NCBI GenBank assembly: GCA_026394055.1
Contig: JAPKYZ010000051.1
Location: forward strand, 16,356-80,355
DNA from: Acidobacteriota bacterium
Lineage (GTDB): Bacteria; Acidobacteriota; Terriglobia; Bryobacterales; Bryobacteraceae
Length of the DNA: 64,000 nt
Direction: 5' to 3'
Part shown: piece by piece, positions 39,626 to 52,834 of the stretch
Layout: every line of letters starts with the position of its first letter
How positions within the stretch are numbered: the first letter of the stretch is position 1
Program-made: the position numbers and the translations under genes
The notes under the pieces: model-generated
Databases searched by the model: none
What the model was told of the DNA's origin: nothing
What the model saw: only the letters and a program-made list of their open reading frames with translations

Positions 39626-41044
39626 ATGGCATTGGATCGTTTGTTGTTGATGAAGTTTGGCGGCACCAGCATGGGCTCCGCCGACCGGATGCGGGTGGCG
39701 GGCGAGATCATCGCGCGCGAGGCGAAAGTGCGGCCGGTGGCCGTGGTGGTTTCGGCGATGTCGAAGGTGACCGACACGTTGCTCGAAACTCTGCGCCACG
39801 CCGAAGGGGGAGACCGGGCGGGCGTCGAGGTCAACCTGAAGAAGCTGGAAGACCGCCACATCGAGACGGCGCGCGCCCTGCTGACCGAAGCCTCCGCCGC
39901 GGCAGCTACATCCGAGATCACCACCATGATTGGCGAAGTGGACCGGATCGCCAAGGGCGTCGAGATGCTGGGCATCCGTCCGCCGCGTTCGGTGGATGAG
40001 GCAGTGGCCGTGGGTGAGCGGCTGTCCGCCCTGCTAATCGCGGCCCACTTGAATGACACGGGCGTTGCCGCCACGGCGGTGAATGCGCGGGAAGTGATTG
40101 TGACGGACGCGGTGTTCGGCAATGCGACGCCTCTGCTCGATGCCACGCGGGTGAAGGCGGCGGCGCGACTGAAGCCGGCGCTGGAGGCCGGAATGGTGCC
40201 CATTGTCACCGGCTTCAACGGCGCCACCGCTGACGGGCGGCCGACCACGCTGGGGCGCGGCGGATCGGACTTTTCGGCCTCCATTCTGGCCGGAGCCCTG
40301 GATGCGGCGGAGCTCTGGATCTGGACCGATGTCGATGGCATCATGTCCGCCGACCCGCGCCTGGTGAAGGACGCCCGCGTGCTGGACGTCATCACCTATC
40401 GCGAGGCGGCGGAGCTGGCCTACAACGGTGCCAAGGTGCTGCATCCGCGCACGCTGGCCCCGCTGATGGAGCGCGGCATCCCGGTCTGGAGCAAGAACAG
40501 CTTCAACGTGGCGGCTCCGGGCACGCGCATCGTGCCGCACATCGAGGGGGCTCTGGGCGCGAAAGCCGTCACCTCAATGGCGAACGTCGCCCTGGTTTCG
40601 ATTGAACCGGCCAGTGCCGAGATCAACGGCACGCTGATCATCGGCCGGGCGATGGCGGCGATTGCGCAGGCCAACGTCGAGGTGCTGACATTCTTGAGTT
40701 CCAGCTACCAGCAGAACTTCTGCTTCCTGGTCCGCAAGGACGAACTGGCGACCGCGCTGACGGCGCTCGAGTCAGCCTTATCGCTCGAGTTTGCGCACGG
40801 CTATCTCGGTGCCCCCGAAGTGGACGAGCAGGTGGGCCTGCTGGCGGTGGTGGGCGAAGGCATGAAGGGCCAGACCGGCTTGGCCGGGCGGGTGTTCACG
40901 GCCATCTCCCGCGCGCAGGTAAACATCATCGCCATCGCCCAGGGCGCTAGCGAACTCACCATCGGCATCGTGGTGCGCCTTGAGGGCCTGGAGCTGGCGG
41001 TTCAGGCGGTCCACGCCGAATGCGGCATGGGGACGGCCCGCTAA
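39626..41044 (+). CDS. lysC: aspartate kinase
   Basis: 'KFGGTSMG' aspartokinase N-terminus, AAK domain, two C-terminal ACT domains. Start 39626 or 39650. Confidence 0.9.
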   Translation: MALDRLLLMKFGGTSMGSADRMRVAGEIIAREAKVRPVAVVVSAMSKVTDTLLETLRHAEGGDRAGVEVNLKKLEDRHIETARALLTEASAAAATSEITTMIGEVDRIAKGVEMLGIRPPRSVDEAVAVGERLSALLIAAHLNDTGVAATAVNAREVIVTDAVFGNATPLLDATRVKAAARLKPALEAGMVPIVTGFNGATADGRPTTLGRGGSDFSASILAGALDAAELWIWTDVDGIMSADPRLVKDARVLDVITYREAAELAYNGAKVLHPRTLAPLMERGIPVWSKNSFNVAAPGTRIVPHIEGALGAKAVTSMANVALVSIEPASAEINGTLIIGRAMAAIAQANVEVLTFLSSSYQQNFCFLVRKDELATALTALESALSLEFAHGYLGAPEVDEQVGLLAVVGEGMKGQTGLAGRVFTAISRAQVNIIAIAQGASELTIGIVVRLEGLELAVQAVHAECGMGTAR

Positions 41045-41721
41045 ATCTCCGCCCACATGCGGATCAGGTTGTGATAGACGCCCGTGAGTTGCACGGCGGA
41101 GGGATGATCCGGCAGCTCCGCGCCCAGCCGCTGAATGGCCATGTCGAGGTCGAACAGTAATGTGCGCTGCGCGTCGCCGCGCACCATGCTCTGAATCCAG
41201 AAAAACGACGAGATACGGGCGCCCCGCGTTACCGGCCGTACATGGTGCAGGCTGGTGCCGGGATAGAGCACCATGTGTCCCGCCGGCAACTTGACGGACT
41301 GCGTGCCGTAGGTGTCCTCAATGATCAGTTCACCGCCATCGTAGTCCGCCGGATCGGTCAGAAACAGCGTGGCGGATAGGTCGGTGCGAATGCGATCGCC
41401 GCTCCCGCGTGCCTGCCGGATGGCATTGTCGACGTGAGTGCCGAACGACTGGCCGCCGTCGTAGCGGTTAAACAGCGGCGGAAAGACACGGCAGGGCAGC
41501 GCCGCTCCCATAAAGAGCGCGTTGCGTTCCAGCGCAGCGAGAATGTTTTGGCCCAGCTCGGCCGCCAGCGGATGATCTTCCGGGAGTTGTTGATTGTGCT
41601 TGGCCCGGGCGGACTGGTATCCGGCGGTCAGCCGGCCATCCACCCAAGCCGCGCGCTCCAAGGCCTCGCGGTAGTGGGCGGCCAGCTCTGGGCTGAGTAC
41701 GTTTTCAATGTGAAGTAGCAT
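41041..41721 (-). CDS. piuC: Fe(II)/2-oxoglutarate-dependent PKHD-type hydroxylase (PiuC/YbiX-like)
   Basis: 226 aa. 'HVDNAIR...D' iron-binding HxD and distal His. PKHD family layout. Confidence 0.7.
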   Translation of the reverse strand: MLLHIENVLSPELAAHYREALERAAWVDGRLTAGYQSARAKHNQQLPEDHPLAAELGQNILAALERNALFMGAALPCRVFPPLFNRYDGGQSFGTHVDNAIRQARGSGDRIRTDLSATLFLTDPADYDGGELIIEDTYGTQSVKLPAGHMVLYPGTSLHHVRPVTRGARISSFFWIQSMVRGDAQRTLLFDLDMAIQRLGAELPDHPSAVQLTGVYHNLIRMWAEI

Positions 41722-41736
41722 GATGCGGGTCCAGCG

Positions 41737-44145
41737 CTAAAAGTGGAAGTTGGTGGTGATCATCGCGAAGCGCGATGCGCCGGGGATCAGGTGGCCGCCG
41801 CCCAACCGCTCAAAGTAGTAAGCGTTGTTCATATTGGAGATGTTCAGCCGCAAGTCCAGGTGCTGGTTTACGCGATAGGACACCATGCCGTCCACAGTCG
41901 CGTAACTGTCGACTACGCGGGTGTTGACGTTGTTACCGAACCGCTTCCCCATGAAGCGGGGGCCGAGACCGGCGGAGAACCTCCGCGCCGTGTAGGTGAT
42001 CCAGATGCTGGCCGCGTTGCGCGGTGTGTTCTGGAAGGTGCGGCCCACCTCGGCCGGTGTATTCGAGCTACGGATGCGGGCATCGATCAGCGTGTACGAA
42101 CCCAAGACCCGCAGCGAGCGCGTGATGGCGCCCGAGGCAGACAGTTCCAGCCCTTGCGATACCTGGCGGCCGGCCAGGACTTGCGGCGGATCTGTGGGTA
42201 GCAAGCCGGGTGTACGGGCGTTGTCCTTCTTCACCTGGAACAGCGCGCCGGTCAGCAGCAGCTTGTTTCGGGCCACGTCCCACTTGGTGCCTATCTCGGA
42301 GGTGTAAGTCTTTTCCGGGGGAATGGCCGTGTTGGAGGTGCTGTAGGACAGGCCTTCCAGCGATGGGCTAACCGAAGTGCCATAGGAGCCATAGATCGTG
42401 CCACTCTGGACCGGCTTGTAGATCAGCCCGGCGCGCAGGCTGGCAAACTTCACGTCCTGCGCCACCGGGGCAGGCGTCGTGCTGACGCCCTGAACGTCAA
42501 AATGTTCCCAGCGGAGGCCGCCAGTGGCTTCCCAGTGTTTGCCGAATTTGGCGGTGTCGAAGGCCCACAGGGATTGCGTGTGGCCGTCAATTTTGCCGAT
42601 GAACGGGCTGGTGGTGATGACTCCGGCATAGACGTCGGCGGGATTGGGGTCCAGCAGGGTGGTGGGTGAAACGGCCGCGGTGCGGTTGATCCGCGTATTG
42701 CGTTCGGAAGTGAAAGCTGCGCCGGTAACGACGTTGTGTTCAACGCCCGCGGTTTTGAACGATGCCCGCAAGTCCGTCTGGTTGTCGATGATGCGGTCCT
42801 GCGCCACCCAGGAGCGGAGTTCGCGATTGATCACCGTGGAATCATTGCTGGCAAAGCGGGGCGGCGACGCAATCGAATTGCGGCCCGCTTCGCCGATCCG
42901 AAGCTGGGACCGCAGCTGGAGCCGGTCGCTAAAGTCGTGCTCAAACTTCACCGTACCGGTGTCCTGGTTCAATACCTCGCGGTCGCGGTCGCGGAAACCA
43001 TAGAAGGTTTCGCGAGGCACGGGCGCCGGCATGTTGCGATAGTCGGCCAACGCATTGTTGGTGGCGGGCACCCAGGGAATTCCGTAGTCGGAGATGTTGT
43101 CCTGCTTCAGCTTGTAGTAACCGAAGGTTAGGCGGGTGGGCGACCCAAGCCCCAGCGCGAGCGAAGGAGACAGGCCCCACCGGTTGTTGTGGACGACATT
43201 GCGCCCCGGCACGCCCGCGTCATGAATGACACCATTCAGGCGTAGCGCCGTACGTTCGCCCAAACCCAACCGGGCCAGCGGAGCATTCAAGTCGATGGTG
43301 GCGCGGCGGTTGTCAGCGTTACCGAAAGCGACGGACCCGCCCAGGATCCGGCTCAACGACGGGCCCTTGCTGATCAGGTTGATGGCGCCACCAGCGGAGC
43401 CGCGTCCGGTAATCGCCGAAGTGGGGCCCTTGGTGACTTCCACTTGCTCCAGATTGAAGGGATCGCGCGATTGGGGGCTGAGGTCGCGCACACCGTCGAC
43501 AAAGATGTCGTTGCGGGCACTGTTGCCGCGCAGGGTCAAGTTGTCGCCCGCCGGAGTGCCGCCTTCGCCGGCGGTGATGGTGAGTCCGGGGACGTTGCGC
43601 AGCACATCGGTGAGGCTGGTGGCGCCCTGCTGCTCAATGATGGCCCGGGGGATGACGGTGATGGTTTGGGGCAGGTCGCGCAACTGCTCCGTGTAACGGG
43701 GCGAGGCCAGCGGCGCGCGCTCCGATACTTCGACGGAGAACTTCGTTTCGCTCACCGACAACGCCGCGTGCATGGGGCTGGTTACGCGGAACTGCAGGCC
43801 CGTGCCTTGAAGAAGCTGCCGCAGCGCCTGAGCCGCCGGCATGACACCGGAGACGGCAGCAGCTGGTAGATTCTTCATCGGTTCCGCCACGTCCACCTTC
43901 CAGCCCGACGCCCGCTCGAATTGGGCCAAGGCGTCACCCAAGGCACCGGCCGCAATATCAAAACGGACAACGGGCAAGCTGGCGGCCGCCGTGGAAGCTG
44001 CACTGGAGTTGGCCGATTGGGCCGCCAGCGCCGGCTCACTACCGGTTATCGAGAGTGCGGCGAGAGTGCCAACCGCAATCCATTTGCGTGACGGCCCAGT
44101 CCGGATGAATCGTTTACCGCTTTTCAGTTTAATCTTGACACGCAT
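41737..44145 (-). CDS. TonB-dependent siderophore receptor with N-terminal STN (secretin/TonB N-terminal) signalling domain
   Basis: Start at ATG 44145 (GGAG SD), 'MRVKIKLKSGKRF...' signal peptide. STN domain ('VRFDIAAGALGDALAQFERASGWKV'). Plug and barrel. C-terminal 'TTNFHF'. Confidence 0.8.
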   Translation of the reverse strand: MRVKIKLKSGKRFIRTGPSRKWIAVGTLAALSITGSEPALAAQSANSSAASTAAASLPVVRFDIAAGALGDALAQFERASGWKVDVAEPMKNLPAAAVSGVMPAAQALRQLLQGTGLQFRVTSPMHAALSVSETKFSVEVSERAPLASPRYTEQLRDLPQTITVIPRAIIEQQGATSLTDVLRNVPGLTITAGEGGTPAGDNLTLRGNSARNDIFVDGVRDLSPQSRDPFNLEQVEVTKGPTSAITGRGSAGGAINLISKGPSLSRILGGSVAFGNADNRRATIDLNAPLARLGLGERTALRLNGVIHDAGVPGRNVVHNNRWGLSPSLALGLGSPTRLTFGYYKLKQDNISDYGIPWVPATNNALADYRNMPAPVPRETFYGFRDRDREVLNQDTGTVKFEHDFSDRLQLRSQLRIGEAGRNSIASPPRFASNDSTVINRELRSWVAQDRIIDNQTDLRASFKTAGVEHNVVTGAAFTSERNTRINRTAAVSPTTLLDPNPADVYAGVITTSPFIGKIDGHTQSLWAFDTAKFGKHWEATGGLRWEHFDVQGVSTTPAPVAQDVKFASLRAGLIYKPVQSGTIYGSYGTSVSPSLEGLSYSTSNTAIPPEKTYTSEIGTKWDVARNKLLLTGALFQVKKDNARTPGLLPTDPPQVLAGRQVSQGLELSASGAITRSLRVLGSYTLIDARIRSSNTPAEVGRTFQNTPRNAASIWITYTARRFSAGLGPRFMGKRFGNNVNTRVVDSYATVDGMVSYRVNQHLDLRLNISNMNNAYYFERLGGGHLIPGASRFAMITTNFHF

Positions 44146-44162
44146 AGAATGGCTCCAAGTTG

Positions 44163-44181
44163 CTAATAGTAATGATGATCG
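44163..44181 (-). promoter_or_regulatory. Fur-box-like element upstream of the siderophore receptor
   Basis: 'taatagtaatgatgatc' resembles the Fur consensus GATAATGATAATCATTATC. Lies ~20-40 nt upstream of the receptor start. Confidence 0.35.
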
Positions 44182-44578
44182 GTCAGTGGAACGTCCAGCC
44201 CGCGGGACTACTTGGCCATCGTAGTCTAGATGCAACTGAGTGTCAAGTAGAACTTCTAGTAACGTGGCCTTCTCGTGCGTTGAGGGGCGCTTGGGAGTCC
44301 GGGATGGGCGGATGCGCTGGACTGTGTACCGGAGTGGGCACCGCGTGTGGCGGCAGGGGGCAACCCGCCAACGGCACGCACGGGCGCCATCGCCGGGGTC
44401 CGCAACAGTGGCGGCCAACGGGCCGAGCGGGTGCGCCCGGACCCGGGACGAATCGCCGGACGGGGGAGCTTGACTGGACGTACACAAACGTCTGGCGGTT
44501 GCGGTATCTCCGTTGGTTTGGTAGTTTAGAATTTAAGCGGTTACCGTGCCGTCCGGCCGGTTTTCCCCACCGAACTGA

Positions 44579-45031
44579 ATGGACCAAAAGACGCTCCAGG
44601 TCGTAGCTGATCTTCTGCTCGCGGCCGTCCCCACCACGCTTCTGGTGGTGATCCTCCACTTTTATTTGAAAGCGGTGCTCTTCCGGCCGCTGGAAAAGAC
44701 GCTGGCTGACCGGCATGCCGCCACGCAAGGCGCGGTGGATGCGGCCAATCAAGCGTTAAAGCGGGCCGACCAGAAGGCAGCCGAATATGATGCCGCTTTG
44801 CGCCAAGCGCGAGGCGAGATTCTGCGTGAGCAGGACGCCCAGCGGCGACGGCTGGCTGACGATCAAGCGGCCGCACTGACGGCGGCGAAGGATCAGGCCG
44901 GTAAGTTGATTGCGGAAGCTCGCTTGCAGCTGGACGCCGAACTGGCGGCAGCCAAAGAGAACTTGACCGCTGAAGCCGAGCGTTTGGCCGACGTCGTGAC
45001 GGCTTCGGTTCTGCATGGGAGCCGCAATTGA
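44579..45031 (+). CDS. atpF2: F-type ATP synthase subunit b'
   Basis: Single N-terminal TM plus long charged coiled coil. Precedes and overlaps (4 bp) the second b-type gene. Confidence 0.6.
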   Translation: MDQKTLQVVADLLLAAVPTTLLVVILHFYLKAVLFRPLEKTLADRHAATQGAVDAANQALKRADQKAAEYDAALRQARGEILREQDAQRRRLADDQAAALTAAKDQAGKLIAEARLQLDAELAAAKENLTAEAERLADVVTASVLHGSRN

Positions 45032-45663
45032 AACTTCTCTCTTCTCCCCTTGCCCGCTTGTCCTTGCTGGGGCTGCTGGCTTTCGCCATCGCCAGCACTC
45101 CGCTGCGCGCCCAGGAAGCCCATGCACCGGCTGCGGAGGCGCACAGCGCGCCGGCTGGTGAAAATGGCCACGGCGAAGCGGGCCACAGTGATCTGACCAC
45201 TTGGAAGTGGATCGACTTCGTGGTCCTGGCAGCTGGTTTGGCTTTTCTGGTCGTCAAGACTGCCGGACCGTACTTCCGCTCGCAGAATGAGGCCATCCGG
45301 ACCGGTATTGAAGATGCCCGCCGGGTGAAGGCCGAATCGGACGCCAAGGTTGCCCAGATTGAGCAGCGGCTGAAGAATCTCGATCAAGAAATCCAGGCCT
45401 TCCGCAGCGAATCGACGCAGTTGGTCACGCGGGAAGCGGACCGGTTGCAGCAAGAGACGGCGCAGACCATGGCTCGCCTGGAGGCGCAGACGGCTTCCGA
45501 GATCGCGTCGCTGGGCAAAGCGGCCCGGGCGCAGCTGAAGGCTGAAGTCGCGGGTCTGGCGATTGCGATTGCCCGCCAGCGCTTGGCGGCGGGGATTCCG
45601 GCTGAAACGCAGTCCGGCTTGATTAACCGCTTTGTGGGCCACTTGAAGAAGGTGGCGGCTTAA
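45028..45663 (+). CDS. atpF: F-type ATP synthase subunit b
   Basis: TM helix 'WKWIDFVVLAAGLAFLVV' followed by coiled coil. Confidence 0.7.
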   Translation: MKLLSSPLARLSLLGLLAFAIASTPLRAQEAHAPAAEAHSAPAGENGHGEAGHSDLTTWKWIDFVVLAAGLAFLVVKTAGPYFRSQNEAIRTGIEDARRVKAESDAKVAQIEQRLKNLDQEIQAFRSESTQLVTREADRLQQETAQTMARLEAQTASEIASLGKAARAQLKAEVAGLAIAIARQRLAAGIPAETQSGLINRFVGHLKKVAA

Positions 45664-45664
45664 T

Positions 45665-46216
45665 ATGTCACTGGCAATTGCCTCTCGATACGCCCGGGCG
45701 CTGGCCGACTTGGCGTTTGACCCCAAAAATCAGGTTGATCCGGACGTCCTGGCCCACGAAGTAACGTCGTTTGTGGCCGAGTATGAAGGTTCCGCGGCGC
45801 TGCGTGAGATCATGGCCACGCCGGCCGTGGCTCTCGCAAAAAAGCGGGCGGTGGCGGCCAAGATTGCGGACGTGCTGAAGCTGTCCGACGTCACCAAGCG
45901 GTTCCTCTATGTCGTGATCGAACATGGCCGGATGCGCAACTTGAAGTTGATTCACGCGGCTTTTCTCGATCAGGTGGATGCGCGGCGCGGTGTCGTGAAG
46001 GCGGAAGTTTTTTCGGCGGCGGAGTTGGGTGAGGCGGAGCGGGCGCTGCTTGAAAGCGGCCTGGCGTCACGCACACCGCTCAAGATCCGGCCGGAATACA
46101 AGATTGACCCCACCTTGTTGGGTGGCGTACTGGTGCGGATGGGATCGACGGTGTACGACGGCTCAGTGCGGGGCATGTTGGCGGGGTTGGCGGCTCAGTC
46201 AGGGTTAGTGTCTTAG
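45665..46216 (+). CDS. atpH: F-type ATP synthase subunit delta
   Basis: 'MSLAIASRYARALADLAF' OSCP/delta N-terminus. Confidence 0.75.
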   Translation: MSLAIASRYARALADLAFDPKNQVDPDVLAHEVTSFVAEYEGSAALREIMATPAVALAKKRAVAAKIADVLKLSDVTKRFLYVVIEHGRMRNLKLIHAAFLDQVDARRGVVKAEVFSAAELGEAERALLESGLASRTPLKIRPEYKIDPTLLGGVLVRMGSTVYDGSVRGMLAGLAAQSGLVS

Positions 46217-46292
46217 GCTGGCGCGCCGGTTTAGGCGCTGTTTGCGCCAAGTAAAGATTTTCGGATTTAGGCTTCTAGAAGGTTAACGGGGC

Positions 46293-47822
<1,530 letters not shown>

Positions 47823-47846
47823 GCAAGGAACAACCGGCTTCAGCTC

Positions 47847-48704
47847 ATGCCTTCCCTTATTGATATCCGCCGCCGCATCCGCTCCGTGAAGAACACGCAG
47901 CAGATCACCAAGGCCATGAAGATGGTGGCCGCGGCGAAGCTGCGCCGGGCGCAGGACCGGGTGATCAACGCCCGGCCTTACTCCAAGATGTTGTTTGCAA
48001 CCTTGGCGGAAGTTGTCTCGGCGGTGAAGTCCCTTGATGAGGCGGCCCAGAATCCGTTGCTCGAAGTGCGGGAAGAAAAGCGCATCGCGCTGATCGTCCT
48101 CACCTCTGACCGCGGTTTGGCCGGTGCCTTTAACTCGAACGTCCTCAAGGCGGCCATGCAGTTCATGATGGAGCGGCCTGGATGTCAGTTTGTGATTGAA
48201 GCCGTGGGCCGCAAGGCGCGCGATTTCTTCACCCGCCGCGAAATGCGCCTGTCGGGCGAGCATGTCGGCATCATCGAAAAGGCCCGCTACGCCGATGCCG
48301 CCCGCATTGCGGCGCCCATTGTGGAGCGGTTCGCCCAGGCCGAAGTGGATGCCGTCTACATCATCGGCAATGAATTCAAGTCGGTGATCTCGCAAAAGCT
48401 CACCACCGTGAAGTTGTTGCCCGTCGAAGTGCCGGCAGAAGGCGAAACCGCCAGCTTTATCTTTGAGCAGCCGCCCGCTGAACTGCTGGCCGGCCTGCTG
48501 CCGCGCTATGTCGGCACCATTTTGAACCAGGCCATGCTGGAATCCGCCGCCAGTGAACATGCCGCCCGTATGACGGCCATGGAAGCGGCCTCCACCAATG
48601 CCTTGGACGTGATCGAGAAACTGACGTTGAACATGAACCGTGTCCGTCAGGCGTCCATCACCCGTGAAATTATCGAAGTTGTTAGCGGGGCAGAAGCCCA
48701 GTAG
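47847..48704 (+). CDS. atpG: F-type ATP synthase subunit gamma
   Basis: '[26 protein letters not shown]' gamma N-terminus. Confidence 0.9.
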   Translation: [285 protein letters not shown]

Positions 48705-50165
<1,461 letters not shown>

Positions 50166-50170
50166 GCATC

Positions 50171-50572
50171 ATGGCGACCTTCCGCCTCGAAATCGCCACG
50201 CCGGAGCGCCCGATCCTGGACGAGCAGGTCTCGGATGCCCAGATTCCCGCCTCTAACGGCTATCTGGGCATCCTGCCTCAGCACGCTCCGCTGATCGCGG
50301 ATCTGTCGGCTGGCCTGCTCTCCTACACCGCCTCCGGCAAGCCGGAATCGCTGTTCATCACCGACGGCTGGGTGGAAATTCTCAACGACCGGGTTCGCGT
50401 ATTGGCGGATGCGGTGGAGAATCCCACCGAGATCGACGTGATCCGCGCCCAGAAGGCTCTGGATCGTGCCCTGGAGCGCCTGCGGATCGATGTCAGTGAC
50501 GTAGACAAGGCGCGTGCCCTCAAGGCTCAGAAGCGCGCGGAAGCTCGCCTGAACGCCGCCAAAGGCCGCTAG
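50171..50572 (+). CDS. atpC: F-type ATP synthase subunit epsilon
   Basis: 133 aa. Beta-sandwich plus helical hairpin pattern. Immediately follows atpD. Confidence 0.85.
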   Translation: MATFRLEIATPERPILDEQVSDAQIPASNGYLGILPQHAPLIADLSAGLLSYTASGKPESLFITDGWVEILNDRVRVLADAVENPTEIDVIRAQKALDRALERLRIDVSDVDKARALKAQKRAEARLNAAKGR

Positions 50573-50680
50573 TTCCCTTCCCTGTCCGCACCGCGTGGCT
50601 ACTCCGAAAGGAATCCGGGCCCCGAAGAAATCCGGGCAGTCACCGACGGCGGTGCGGTACAATTAAGTCTTACGGTTGAT

Positions 50681-50757
50681 CGGGCCGTAGCGCAGCCTGG
50701 CTAGCGCGCTTGCTTGGGGTGCAAGAGGTCGCGAGTTCAAATCTCGCCGGCCCGACC
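50681..50757 (+). tRNA. tRNA-Pro (anticodon GGG)
   Basis: Cloverleaf: acceptor CGGGCCG/CGGCCCG, D stem GCGC/GCGC, anticodon stem CTTGC/GCAAG with loop TTGGGGT, T stem GCGAG/CTCGC with TTCAAAT loop. 3' CCA encoded. Confidence 0.85.
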
Positions 50758-51094
50758 ATTTTCCTTCCTTCGTTTCCTGCTCTCGTTCTTCCCTTCTCTC
50801 CCCGTCGGCTGTGATTTTCCGGCGATTGGCCGGTCACAGGGCTTGGTTCAAATTTCTCTCGGCGTTCGGCCAACACTCGCACGGACGTCCAAACCCTTTC
50901 CCTATTGCCTTTCCCGCAATTTCAAACGCCACGGCACTGACCTGCGGAGCCGTGGAGGCGTCTCCGCTCCAGGCAGCGGCGGTACAACAATTTGAAACGC
51001 GCGGGCAGTCGCGGGCACTACTATCCGGCCCGCGGCCAAACTCCGGTTGACCGGTCAGCGTCGCGCCGCAAAAAGTGAGGGAAGGGGACAAAGT

Positions 51095-52411
51095 ATGGCG
51101 GAATCGAACATTGGCGCCACCATGGACGAGCTGTTGTTGGCGGCGCTGGAGCGCGGCGGGGACACGTCGCAAACCGGCCGCTACATCATCACCTTTAAGG
51201 AGGGCGGCCTGGAGACCGGCGTCCGGAATCTGCAGTCCAAGCACAGCTTCCAGATGGCCGACGCTCGCGACTTTGCCGAACAGGCGGTGAGCCTGCAGGA
51301 TGCCGCGCAGGTGGACGTGCTGAGCTTCCCCGAGATCGGCGTGGCGCTGATGAGCGGCGAGGCGGCGGCGACCCGCAATCTGATGACCACCGAAGCCGCG
51401 GATGATGAGTCCGTGCAGTCGATCGATCCGGAGTACTTTGTCTTCTCCTCGGGTGTCAATCCGCGTGACTATCTGCGTGGTGCGATGCGGGCGCTGGAGA
51501 TGGTGCAAGCCGACTTGGCGGAAGACGAGGAGCAGCAGGAACCGGGCACGGGCGCAGGGTCAGGCGCCCCGGCGCCGCAGCCGCTGGTGGCGGGGGTTAC
51601 CTGGGGACTGACGGCAGTGAAGGTGCCCCCCAGCCGGTTTGACGGCAGCGGCATCAGAGTCGCCATCCTCGACACCGGCTTCGACCTCGGCCATCCTGAC
51701 TTTGCCGGCCGGCCGATCGTCTCCGCCACCTTTGCCGGACAGCCCGTGATGGATCTGCATGGTCACGGCACGCACACCGCCGGAACGGCTTGCGGACCGC
51801 TGGCGCCTTCCGGGGCGATCCCGCGCTACGGCGTCGCGCACCGGGCCTTGATGTACATCGGCAAGGTGTTGAACAACTCCGGCGGCGGCACGCAGGCGCA
51901 GAGCCTGGCCGGGATCAACTGGGCGATCGCCAATCGTTGCGCCGTGATCTCGATGTCGCTGGGCGCGGCCGGGTCTCCCGTGCAGCCCTCCTACACCAAT
52001 GCCGGAGCGGCGGCGATGGCCAATGGCTGCTTGATCATTGCGGCAGCCGGCAACTCCAGCAACCGCCCGGCGGTGATCAACGGGGCCGGGGCTCCGGCCA
52101 ATTCGCCCACGGTCCTTTCGGTGGCTTCGATCACCAGCGCCATGCAGGTGTCGTCGTTCTCCGATGGCCAGAAGGTGGACATCGCCGGGCCGGGCTCGGG
52201 TATCTATTCCTCCTACAAGCGCCCCGCGGCGCACACCACGCTGAGCGGCACCAGCATGGCCACGCCGCACGTCTCCGGCTGCGCGGCGTTGTGGGCCCAG
52301 AGCAGCCCCGCACTTCGCGGTGCGGCCTTGCGCGCCCGCCTGCTGGCCACCGCTCGAGCACTGCCCTTCCCGGCCTCCGATGTTGGTTCGGGCTTGGTCC
52401 AGGCGCCGTAG
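51095..52411 (+). CDS. S8-family subtilisin-like serine peptidase with N-terminal I9-like propeptide
   Basis: Catalytic triad contexts 'DTGFDLGHPDF', 'HGTHTAGTA', 'GTSMATPHVSGCAALW'. Start at ATG 51095 with GAGGGAAGGGGA SD. Confidence 0.8.
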   Translation: MAESNIGATMDELLLAALERGGDTSQTGRYIITFKEGGLETGVRNLQSKHSFQMADARDFAEQAVSLQDAAQVDVLSFPEIGVALMSGEAAATRNLMTTEAADDESVQSIDPEYFVFSSGVNPRDYLRGAMRALEMVQADLAEDEEQQEPGTGAGSGAPAPQPLVAGVTWGLTAVKVPPSRFDGSGIRVAILDTGFDLGHPDFAGRPIVSATFAGQPVMDLHGHGTHTAGTACGPLAPSGAIPRYGVAHRALMYIGKVLNNSGGGTQAQSLAGINWAIANRCAVISMSLGAAGSPVQPSYTNAGAAAMANGCLIIAAAGNSSNRPAVINGAGAPANSPTVLSVASITSAMQVSSFSDGQKVDIAGPGSGIYSSYKRPAAHTTLSGTSMATPHVSGCAALWAQSSPALRGAALRARLLATARALPFPASDVGSGLVQAP

Positions 52412-52425
52412 AGCCAGTCCACCCG

Positions 52426-52462
52426 CGCCGGTGTCGCCATGGCACCGGCGCGATCTTTGTTT
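52426..52462 (+). terminator. putative rho-independent terminator after the S8 peptidase gene
   Basis: Hairpin 'gcgccggtg tcgccatg gcaccggcgc' followed by 'gatctttgttt'. Confidence 0.4.
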
Positions 52463-52566
52463 CCACGTGCGAATAGGCCAGAGGGCCGGACGAACTCGCA
52501 TTGCCAACCACCGGGCGCGGTGCAAGAGTTGTAGGAGACAGAGAGAGAAAGACAGAGAGGCCAGTT

Positions 52567-52809
52567 ATGTCCGATCAATCGATACAGGCGCTGGTGGTCA
52601 CCACCGTGGGTGATCGTCCCATTGAGAGTGTCGCCCAGGATCTGCGTGCCGCGGGGTTCGATGTCCAGCAGGTGCTGGAGTTTGTCGAGTCGATCACGGG
52701 GATGGCGCCCGCATCGAAAGTGGAGGAGTTCCGCCGCATTGCCGGAGTGGCCGATGTGACGGTGGATCACCCCATCGATATTGGTCCTCCGGGCGCAGCC
52801 ATTTCGTAG
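52567..52809 (+). CDS. stand-alone peptidase-inhibitor-I9 (subtilisin propeptide)-like small protein
   Basis: 80 aa, 'ALVVTTVGDRPIESVAQDLRAAGFDVQQVLEFVESITGMAPASKVEEFRRIAGVADVTVDHPI'. Resembles the propeptide/I9 fold pattern ending in 'V.yVe.D'. Confidence 0.45.
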   Translation: MSDQSIQALVVTTVGDRPIESVAQDLRAAGFDVQQVLEFVESITGMAPASKVEEFRRIAGVADVTVDHPIDIGPPGAAIS

Positions 52810-52834
52810 AGTGCGCTACTAGCCCGCAGCCGGA

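Noticed and set aside
50573-50680. Possible terminator between atpC and tRNA-Pro
   Set aside because: The 'ccgggc...ccgggc' elements are direct, not inverted. No convincing hairpin with a U-tract.
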